From a virus (taxonomy: Duplodnaviria; Caudoviricetes), in IMG/VR virus record IMGVR_UViG_2974736276_000001, positions 32,001-96,000 of that record: DNA of 64,000 nucleotides. One strand, written 5' to 3'. A program made the translations under genes and the position numbers. The notes under the pieces were generated by a model. The model was not told the origin of the DNA. It was given only the letters and a program-made list of their open reading frames with translations, and did not search any database. This document shows, in pieces, positions 35,990 to 43,207 of the stretch (the stretch's first letter is position 1; every line of letters starts with the position of its first letter).

Positions 35990-36077
35990 TGGTACCTCAG
36001 GGGAGACTCGAACTCCCAATTGCCTTTCGGACGCCAGGACCTAAACCTGGTGTGTCTGCCAATTCCACCACTAAGGC
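35990..36077 (-). tRNA. tRNA-Leu(TAG)
   Basis: CCAGG TT-TAG-GT CCTGG, V arm, CCA. Confidence 0.93.
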
Positions 36078-36154
36078 ATTACTAAGCATTTAAATGAATA
36101 GATCAATTAGCGATTAATCTATTGGTTTAACTGCTTGAGCTAGTTAAGTGTGTT

Positions 36155-36233
36155 TGGTGGAGAATAAGAGATTCGAACTCTTCTGATATCCTCGGTGCAA
36201 GCGAGGTGTCCACTCCAAGCAGACCCATTCCCC
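36155..36233 (-). tRNA. tRNA-Ala(TGC)
   Basis: G3:U70; CCTCG CT-TGC-AC CGAGG; G8 and 7-nt variable loop are atypical. Confidence 0.88.
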
Positions 36234-36415
36234 TAATTGTACATATTAAGAATAAACTTTTTTGTTGCTTTAATTGAACTGCAATCAATACTTTCAAAGC
36301 TTCCGAAAATATTAGTTTTAACATTACCATTCTGCTTTTTATTGATTCTCATTATTTTAGAATCAAATCTATAAACAGAAATTGTGCCATCAGATTCATC
36401 AACAAAGGTTATCAT
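36233..36415 (-). CDS. Hypothetical protein
   Basis: MITFVDESDG... ORF filling a tRNA spacer. Confidence 0.5.
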   Translation of the reverse strand: MITFVDESDGTISVYRFDSKIMRINKKQNGNVKTNIFGSFESIDCSSIKATKKFILNMYN

Positions 36416-36432
36416 GTTATTCTCATTTAAAT

Positions 36433-36510
36433 TGGTCGGAGCGGCAGGATTCGAACCTGCGACCCGAGACATCCAAAGTCCCTACGCTGACCAGACTGCG
36501 CTACGCTCCG
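36433..36510 (-). tRNA. tRNA-Pro(TGG)
   Basis: CGGAGCG acceptor; TT-TGG-AT; CCA. Confidence 0.93.
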
Positions 36511-36515
36511 AAATT

Positions 36516-36591
36516 TGGTGGGAGTAGCAAGATTCGAACTTGCGACCTACGAGTTATCGGCTCGGTGCTCTACCAGCTGAGCTATACTCCC
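36516..36591 (-). tRNA. tRNA-Ile(GAT)
   Basis: CGAG CC-GAT-AA CTCG (C33); CCA. Confidence 0.9.
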
Positions 36592-36657
36592 ATTCGAAGA
36601 AAACTTTTATCCATGCACGCATTAGATTTAAAGATTTACATCTTCTGAATATTTATT

Positions 36658-36733
36658 TGGTGCATCGTCATGGAGTCGAACCATGGACCTCGGGATTAAA
36701 AGTCCCTTGCTCTACCAGCTGAGCTAACGACGC
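36658..36733 (-). tRNA. tRNA-Lys(TTT)
   Basis: GGGA CT-TTT-AA TCCC; CCA. Confidence 0.93.
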
Positions 36734-36735
36734 AT

Positions 36736-37005
36736 TTACCAGATTATAGGTTTCCTGATATACGGATTATATTCAGGATCACGATAAATATTGTGTTTTA
36801 CAAGTTCATCATCAACTTGTTTATAGAATTCAAAATGAACACTATTAAATCCGCCTTGAAGACCAGCAAGTGTAATAGTTGTACTTGATTGACCCATACT
36901 AATACTATCTACGACAAGCATAGAATTTAATTCAAAATCTTCAACTTTCTTCTGATCATGTGCATAACCAGAAGTAGGAGATACAAATTTAGCATATAAC
37001 GTCAT
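36736..37005 (-). CDS. T4 trna.3-like hypothetical protein
   Basis: MTLYAK...GY..DQ...SS...FN.V.F.F. Confidence 0.65.
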   Translation of the reverse strand: MTLYAKFVSPTSGYAHDQKKVEDFELNSMLVVDSISMGQSSTTITLAGLQGGFNSVHFEFYKQVDDELVKHNIYRDPEYNPYIRKPIIW

Positions 37006-37020
37006 TTTAATTTCCTCATT

Positions 37021-37251
37021 AATAATCCGGGTTATAGAGATACAAATCGGTGTAACCATCTAGAACCATATTTCAGGGGAAGAAGAATTACTCAGGGTGA
37101 CCAGTTCCTTGCTAACCATTCTCTACAACAGTCTCTATTCGCTAACACAGACATCGTTGAGTAGGACTGTGCGCTCGATTATTACCGCCGGAAGAAGCCT
37201 CAATGTGCTGTTGCCGGTTAATCTTTCTCCTATCGAAGGAACGGAATTATT
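37021..37251 (-). ncRNA. About 230-nt structured RNA
   Basis: AATAATTCCG/CGGATTATT closing stem; inner CCGG/CCGG, ACAGTC/GACTGT, AGAAT/ATTCT stems. Confidence 0.6.
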
Positions 37252-37255
37252 TTTA

Positions 37256-37320
37256 TAATCAAAGGCCGATAGTTTAACTCGGCACCCTAACACCAAAGTG
37301 TCTCGCTTTTCATTTGATTA
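37256..37320 (-). ncRNA. 65-nt three-way-junction RNA
   Basis: TAATCAAA/TTTGATTA; GACAC TTTG GTGTT; GCCGA/TCGGC. Confidence 0.6.
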
Positions 37321-37323
37321 ATT

Positions 37324-37399
37324 TGGCGGACCTAACGGGATTCGAACCCGTGACGCTCCCGTGACAGGGGAGTATTTTAACCGCTGAAACTATAGGTCC
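37324..37399 (-). tRNA. tRNA-Asp(GTC)
   Basis: CTCCC CT-GTC-AC GGGAG; GCCA. Confidence 0.93.
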
Positions 37400-37403
37400 A
37401 AAT

Positions 37404-37485
37404 TGGCTGGGGTGGAGGGATTCGAACCCACATTGTCATAGACACGGATTAACAGTCCGCCGCCAAACCGTTTGGCTACACCCCA
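37404..37485 (-). tRNA. tRNA-Asn(GTT) with long variable arm
   Basis: GCGGA CT-GTT-AA TCCGT; V arm GTC TAT GAC. Confidence 0.9.
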
Positions 37486-37682
37486 GTAGAATGAACTCGA
37501 TGAATATCAGCAAGTTCATCAAAAATACTTTTTAGACAAGAGTGAACAAAAACTTTTTCACTTGCACTCATTGTACTATTATTTATAACGCGTTTCATAC
37601 GCTCTTTTAGCTTTTTCTTACGATTACGAACAGTATTTTCTTCTGCTCTTGGGTGCATCGCAAGACTACTCAACCTTTTCAC
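37476..37682 (-). CDS. Basic hypothetical protein
   Basis: ORF whose stop overlaps the tRNA-Asn 5' end. Confidence 0.5.
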   Translation of the reverse strand: MKRLSSLAMHPRAEENTVRNRKKKLKERMKRVINNSTMSASEKVFVHSCLKSIFDELADIHRVHSTGV

Positions 37683-37872
37683 CAGTCCAAACTTGGTTTA
37701 CTACACCTTGTAGACCGTGACTGAAATCAACATTCTGATAAATTTTATAACCAGCAAAACCTACACCAATCCAGAATACGAGTATAACTGCAAGCATAAT
37801 GCGCCATACCCAAACAATAAAAGAACGATTGCGGTTAAAACGTTTATTAAAATCAGAGTGATTTGAAATCAT
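37666..37872 (-). CDS. Membrane protein
   Basis: Single TM segment; follows promoters at 37900-37985. Confidence 0.65.
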   Translation of the reverse strand: MISNHSDFNKRFNRNRSFIVWVWRIMLAVILVFWIGVGFAGYKIYQNVDFSHGLQGVVNQVWTGEKVE

Positions 37873-37897
37873 AATGTTTATCTCATTTGTTGGTAGA

Positions 37898-37986
37898 AGT
37901 TAATAATATATCAGAATTCGTAAAGCATATTACTATTCTGTACTTGATAGAGATTATAACACACCTACAAGTAATGTACACTATTT
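37898..37986 (-). promoter_or_regulatory. Tandem early (GTGTACA...TATAAT) and middle (ATGCTTTA...TATTAT) promoters
   Basis: Motifs read on the minus strand. Confidence 0.7.
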
Positions 37987-38003
37987 TAGTAAAATAACTA
38001 AGC

Positions 38004-38102
38004 ACAGTAAGGAAGGACGCCACTAATACATTCCTTCATATCGTCACGGTCAGCGGCGATTATGTTCACTTGCGATGAACAAATTTTCCGTGGTCTTACT
38101 GT
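38004..38102 (-). ncRNA. About 100-nt pseudoknotted RNA
   Basis: ACAGTAAG/CTTACTGT closing stem; CACGG/CCGTG; GAAGGA/TCCTTC; CGCCGCTGA/TTAGTGGCG loop-loop pairing. Confidence 0.7.
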
Positions 38103-38104
38103 AA

Positions 38105-38177
38105 TCAAGGGCGAGAATCGAACTCGCAACCAGTCAGCCCGAAGCCTCCCACTCTACCTATTTGAGCTGTCACTTGA
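38105..38177 (-). pseudogene. tRNA-like RNA with intact D and T arms, collapsed anticodon stem, no CCA
   Basis: GCTC AAATAGGTA GAGT; GCGAG TTCGATT CTCGC; TCAAG/CTTGA. Confidence 0.7.
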
Positions 38178-38180
38178 ATT

Positions 38181-38246
38181 TGGCGGGCACTTTCCGCACT
38201 CCATCACGCGTTGGAAGCCAAGGAGTGTTATCGGCTAAGTAACCCA
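38181..38246 (-). ncRNA. 66-nt CCA-ended bulged hairpin RNA
   Basis: GGG.TACTT..CCG..CACTCC / GGAGTG CGG AAGTG CCC-GCCA. Confidence 0.7.
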
Positions 38247-38251
38247 TTGTC

Positions 38252-38342
38252 TGGCGGAAGAAGAGAGATTTGAACTCTCAAGGCATTTAAAATACTCAGC
38301 TCGTTTCCAACGAGTTTTCGTCACCAATCGATTTGTTCTTCC
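38252..38342 (-). tRNA. tRNA-Ser(GGA)
   Basis: CTCG TT-GGA-AA CGAG, long V arm, GCCA; atypical D arm. Confidence 0.85.
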
Positions 38343-38347
38343 AAATT

Positions 38348-38437
38348 TGGAGGAAGCGATGGGATTCGAACCCATGGACCCGTTTTCACGGGCCTCTTCC
38401 TTAGCAGGGAAGTGCAATTCCACTCTGCCACGCTTCC
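38348..38437 (-). tRNA. tRNA-Ser(GCT)
   Basis: CTTCC CT-GCT-AA GGAAG, long V arm. Confidence 0.93.
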
Positions 38438-38441
38438 TAAT

Positions 38442-38517
38442 TGGGGTGACCGACCGGGTACGATCCGGCAACATCCGCAATCACAGTGCGGGGTTCTACC
38501 AATTGAACTACGGCCAC
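38442..38517 (-). tRNA. tRNA-His(GTG)
   Basis: CCGCA CT-GTG-AT TGCGG; C73; T loop ATCGTAC; no genomic G-1. Confidence 0.9.
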
Positions 38518-38625
38518 ATCAATACTCACTCCACCAATCATGATGGCTTTAGGCAAATATTTCAGAGTAACCCGCGGTGGTTAACTTGTATCAAACCGAA
38601 ATATCGTATCAAGTAAGTATTGATG
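38518..38625 (-). ncRNA. About 108-nt RNA closed by a 14-16 bp stem
   Basis: CATCAATACTTACT/AGTGAGTATTGATG; inner ATATTTCGG/CTGAAATAT, TAACC/GGTTA, CCATCA/TGGTGG. Confidence 0.7.
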
Positions 38626-38741
38626 TGACAATAAGCATCCGTGCTCAATAGCCAAGAGTAAAATCGGGCATCATCCAGAACTTCATGTTCGTCGTGACGG
38701 CTTGTGAAACCTAATCACCAAAGGTGCTCTCACATAGGTTT
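38623..38741 (-). ncRNA. About 115-nt structured RNA
   Basis: AAACCTA/TAGGTTT, CACC/GGTG, AAGC-CGT/ACGG-GCTT, GAAC/GTTC. Confidence 0.5.
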
Positions 38742-38750
38742 TGTTCGTAT

Positions 38751-38847
38751 AGGTGATTAAAGATGGGGTCGAACCATCAACTCGTACGCTGCTCTTCCTG
38801 GCAGTGTGGTTGCTCCGCATGCACCATATTAAGTACGCATTTAATCA
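38751..38847 (-). ncRNA. tRNA-like RNA: acceptor plus T arm with a two-hairpin insert
   Basis: TGATTAAA/TTTAATCA; GATGG TTCGACC CCATC; CGTAC/GTACG. Confidence 0.75.
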
Positions 38848-38848
38848 T

Positions 38849-38923
38849 TGGCTGGGGTACCTGGATTCGAACCAGAGATGCCGATATCAAAGACCGGTGC
38901 CGTAACCACTTGGCTATACCCCA
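38849..38923 (-). tRNA. tRNA-Gln(TTG)
   Basis: U1-A72; CCGGT CT-TTG-AT ATCGG; GCCA. Confidence 0.93.
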
Positions 38924-38952
38924 ATTAAGACCGGATTCACCCGGTCAAGTAA

Positions 38953-39123
38953 TTATACTACAGTTGTTGCCCTACGTCCTGTGAATAGAGATACCAGGAA
39001 GATGATAATACCGACAACGAATACTAACTTAGCTGCCATTGCTGCTGTACCTGCCAATGCACCAAAACCAAGTGCTGCAGCGACCAGAGCGACAATTAGA
39101 AAAATAATACCGTAATGTAACAT
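38953..39123 (-). CDS. ytjA: YtjA/UPF0391 (DUF1328) small membrane protein, 56 aa
   Basis: Hand-translated [56 protein letters not shown]; GAGGT RBS. Confidence 0.9.
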   Translation of the reverse strand: MLHYGIIFLIVALVAAALGFGALAGTAAMAAKLVFVVGIIIFLVSLFTGRRATTVV

Positions 39124-39145
39124 ACTTACCTCACTTATTTAGTCC

Positions 39146-39252
39146 GGACGAGTGGAATCGAACCACCCTATCAACAAGTTAGCGCTTCCTGATATTTTAA
39201 GAAACCCAAGATACTAATCTGTCTTTGGAGAGATCGCTAAATCTCTTAGTCC
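39146..39252 (-). ncRNA. T-arm-containing RNA with three hairpins and a possible pseudoknot
   Basis: GGAC/GTCC; GGGTGG TTCGATT CCACTC; AGAGAT TTAGCG ATCTCT loop complementary to CGCTAA. Confidence 0.7.
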
Positions 39253-39301
39253 ATCGCGAGGTTTTCTCTTTGTTTCGACCAGTTTGATTGATTGGTAAGT
39301 T

Positions 39302-39333
39302 TATTTATATTACAATATTTTACTCAAAGCATT
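39302..39333 (-). promoter_or_regulatory. Middle plus late promoters heading the tRNA/ncRNA cluster
   Basis: ATGCTTTG...TAATATAAATA. Confidence 0.75.
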
Positions 39334-39602
39334 CTGAACAATTCACCTGATTTCCAGGCTTCAACAAATGCACCAGAGACTTTACGAATCTCTGAAGATT
39401 TAGGGCGAATATGTGTTCCCCAATTATAACTACCACAACTAGACACATGTTCTTTAATGGTAATCATACCTTTATAAAAATCTTTAATCTCAATAAAGAC
39501 AATCGGAGGACGAGATTCTTTAGAATTCGCCTTGTCGGTAATCATTATAATATCACCGACTTCTAGCACATTACCATACATATCAACAATTTGCTTTGAC
39601 AT
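39324..39602 (-). CDS. KOW/SH3-like hypothetical protein
   Basis: DMYGNVLEVGDII. Confidence 0.65.
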   Translation of the reverse strand: MSKQIVDMYGNVLEVGDIIMITDKANSKESRPPIVFIEIKDFYKGMITIKEHVSSCGSYNWGTHIRPKSSEIRKVSGAFVEAWKSGELFRML

Positions 39603-39987
39603 TTTTCAGCACCTCTAGAATAAAAGTACGTTGCTCATAACGATTAACAGATGGCAACATGTATACTTCTTGGTCTTCATTAATAAATGTTGGAGCAGGA
39701 ACCCATCCAAAGAATGGGAGAGCTAACATTGCTGCATGCACTTCATCATATTCTTTTTGAATCGCTGCAAGAATACCTTTGCGAGTCATGAACATTACAT
39801 CGTTCAGCTTAGTGCTATTGCGATTCTTAACGACTTTATAAAAACCATGTTCATTTTTATAAAATACGACAGCAGCGCTGAGCAATGCTTCCATATTTAC
39901 TTCAAGGCGATTATTAGTAAAAAAGATTTTGCCTTCAATGATAAAGTAAATTTCGTTGTTATGCATAAAGTCTTTCATCATATTCAT
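39583..39987 (-). CDS. Hypothetical protein
   Basis: Packed ORF. Confidence 0.55.
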   Translation of the reverse strand: MNMMKDFMHNNEIYFIIEGKIFFTNNRLEVNMEALLSAAVVFYKNEHGFYKVVKNRNSTKLNDVMFMTRKGILAAIQKEYDEVHAAMLALPFFGWVPAPTFINEDQEVYMLPSVNRYEQRTFILEVLKNVKANC

Positions 39988-40172
39988 TTCAAACTCTCTA
40001 CTGAACCATAATCTTCGATGCAATAACCATTATTGAATGAAACAATCTGATAAGTTTCATCCATAGTTTCAACAGCGGCTTCACGGGCAGCTTCAATTGA
40101 TTCAAAATCACCCTTACAATCGTTCATACCGCCTTGTGGATAGTATTGACTGAAGGTAAAAAGATAGTACAT
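39984..40172 (-). CDS. Hypothetical protein
   Basis: YYPQGGMND.KGDF motif; GGAG RBS. Confidence 0.65.
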   Translation of the reverse strand: MYYLFTFSQYYPQGGMNDCKGDFESIEAAREAAVETMDETYQIVSFNNGYCIEDYGSVESLK

Positions 40173-40349
40173 TAGACTGTCTCCATTGCTTTGGAATATT
40201 CATGGCGACCTTCATAAAACCCCAGGTCATATTCATCTTGGTCAATTTCATCTTCAAAAGATTGATGTTCGTTCAAGCGAAAACCATCTTGAAATCCAAT
40301 GAACCAAGGTGTTTGTTGCATTGTCATTTTATTCTCCAGTTGTTTAACT

Positions 40350-40421
40350 TGTAGCTATAGTATACTGGTTGATGTGTAATGTAAACAGCTAAAACGAAAA
40401 AAGAGAACCCGAAGGTTCTCT
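40350..40421 (-). promoter_or_regulatory. Terminator (AGAGAACC TTCG GGTTCTCT) followed by an early promoter
   Basis: Hairpin plus U-tract; GTTTACA...TACTAT. Confidence 0.8.
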
Positions 40422-40422
40422 A

Positions 40423-41109
<687 letters not shown>

Positions 41110-41113
<4 letters not shown>

Positions 41114-41817
41114 AGTGATTCCAAAGTTTGATTAATTTTTTCTTTAAATTCATCTAATGTACTATCGTTAGTAATAACAATATCATTAGGGCCGATAGGA
41201 AGTCCGACTTCCGTAATGTGAAAATCTTTTTGAACGCCAGTGTCTTTGCGAACTACATGAATAACTGTAGCACCCATCGCTCGAGCAAAAGCTAATTCAT
41301 GGTTTTGACGAGTATCAGGAACAATGAAAATTTCTTTTTCAGAGTTGAACTGATCTGCGTACTCTAATGCAAATAATTTAACCCAAAACATGCGATCGAA
41401 ACAATTGACAACCAGATCAGTCCCAAGGGTCTGCATAAGACGTCTAATTGACCATGCTTCAGTATTATTTAATACTAGATCGTCGATCACTGTTGGACGA
41501 GTACTTTCTGGCCAACGAAGACCATACTGACGACTAAGATAACTAAGAGAGTCACGCATGATTTGTGCTACTTGAATATTACTCAAAGGCAATAACTTTT
41601 CGCGGTCAATTCCTTGACCATCCCAGTCTTCGGGAGTTAATTCAAATGGAAGGCCTAAATCCTGCTGGCGATAATCAATGCCATTCCAACCATGTTCTAA
41701 TGCCTTTTTAATCGGTGTAGCTAACTTATAATCTACAGTTGAATATGTGTCATTGATGAATTTCACGGCTGTATCTTTGCCAGAACGTTTCTTTCCGACA
41801 ATAAAGATTAATTTCAT
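41110..41817 (-). CDS. 1: dNMP kinase
   Basis: GKKRSGKDT; RRLMQTLGTD; DTRQ.HE. Confidence 0.95.
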
Positions 41818-41819
41818 TT

Positions 41820-42407
41820 TTACCTCATCGATGGATGTACAGAAACACCTGCTGTTACCTTGGCGTCTCCTGCTTGGTCTATACTTTGTCTACCTGTGAT
41901 AATTATACCATCTTTTTCTACTTCGAAGTATTTGAAAGGCATGATTGCTGTACACGTCATAGCGATATCAGTGTCTTCGATTAAAGAGAATTCTATCTCA
42001 GAAAGATCGCTGCACCAAGCTCCGTAATAATGAACACTCATCACAATGTTGGTCTTGTCGTTATCCAGAACATGGAAAGTCACTACTGGTTTCATTTTAT
42101 CTGTATGCCAGCCTGAGCGATCACGATCAACGTAGTTATTTATTGAAAGCATCCACTTATACATGTCAAGCCATGCTTCTAGATTTTCATCTACAAGGAA
42201 TCTTACTGTCAATGGTTCAAACTCGGTTGTACTACCAGGAAGCATAGAACGATGCATACCTTGGGTAGAACCAGGAACATCACTGACCGGAACTCGAATA
42301 GAAGCAATAGGAGATGACTGTATGTTCAGCTTAAAAGCATTTGTCAGTCCAGCATCATTCACTTCCATTACAAAGTTCGTGGTATTGGTTTGGTTAAATG
42401 TTGACAT
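41820..42407 (-). CDS. 3: Tail tube terminator gp3
   Basis: FNQTNTTNF...FLVDENLEAW. Confidence 0.93.
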   Translation of the reverse strand: MSTFNQTNTTNFVMEVNDAGLTNAFKLNIQSSPIASIRVPVSDVPGSTQGMHRSMLPGSTTEFEPLTVRFLVDENLEAWLDMYKWMLSINNYVDRDRSGWHTDKMKPVVTFHVLDNDKTNIVMSVHYYGAWCSDLSEIEFSLIEDTDIAMTCTAIMPFKYFEVEKDGIIITGRQSIDQAGDAKVTAGVSVHPSMR

Positions 42408-42430
42408 TTATTATTTTACCCGTGGATAAT

Positions 42431-42532
42431 CTCTATATAAGAATAAAGTAATAAAAATCTGGAGACGTTCGTCTCCAGAATATTGTTTATTACATAATGA
42501 TTATAGTATTCTTTATAAGAATAAAGTAATAA
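42431..42532. repeat. AT-rich motif (two copies) flanking a TCTGGAG/CTCCAGA hairpin, cassette copy 2
   Basis: tataagaataaagtaataa twice (about 42436-42454 and 42514-42532); hairpin 42458-42479. Confidence 0.8.
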
Positions 42533-43207
42533 CTATGATTTTACTAGTGCTCTCAGCTGAGCTCTTCCCAAGAATGGGTATAATTCCAGTATAGGATTTA
42601 CCCAGTACCTAGGATGTTGTTTAGATTTCAATTCAATGAGAAAACTCTTAACCTCTTCCATAGAACTAAGACCGAAATTTTTGCATATATTTTCTCGCTC
42701 TTTATTCCACCGCCTTTCTAAAAGGTCTTTCTGAACGTTTTTATTCTTAAATACGCTATTTTTAATACGATTAGAATTATGCTTTGTTCCCTTTGTGGGA
42801 CTAAAGTGCCTTCCTCTTTTAAATCCATCAGGAACGTTTTCATGTGGGAATAACTTTATTGACCTTGTACCATCATTCCAGTAAATTTTTCCTGTTTGAT
42901 TTTTTGATATGTTTTCAGAATGCTTTTTTCTTAACCAAGCATACTGTTTATTATTAGAACGCTGCATATTTTTATTCCCTTGACACATAGAGAGCGCAGA
43001 GAAAGATAATCCGCTATGTCCGGGATGAATTTTTACTAGCAACTGGTGCGCTATAAAATGCTCTTCGGCGGTAAGATTAACTATGTTATCCGGATCGTCT
43101 GTCCCGCCTAAGCATTTTGGAACAATATGATGTCTTTCTTTATAATCGGTTAACACTCGGGCCTTAGCCCGAGTTATTAATTTTTCATAATGATTTTTAT
43201 AATTCAT
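42533..43207 (-). mobile_element. HNH homing endonuclease (Mob-like) with NUMOD-type DNA-binding tail
   Basis: YKERHHIVPKCLGG.D...N.V.LTAEEHFIAHQLL; YWNDG...GFKRGR. Confidence 0.9.

Noticed and set aside
1071-36093. Plus-strand ORFs antisense to minus-strand genes (for example 18695-19081, 30571-31092, 12831-13172)
   Set aside because: Shadow frames of real genes in a uniformly minus-strand region
31887-38923. Suppressor or selenocysteine tRNA, or genetic-code reassignment
   Set aside because: No CTA, TTA or TCA anticodon found; core genes are intact under the standard code
31880-38930. CRISPR array suggested by recurring tcgaacc and tgg motifs
   Set aside because: These are tRNA T loops and CCA ends; no constant repeat-spacer period and no cas genes
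38235-38984. ORF-track entries overlapping tRNAs (for example 38235-38480, 38347-38616, 38763-38984; also 36382-36722, 34668-34859)
   Set aside because: Incidental frames across GC-richer RNA genes, without RBS
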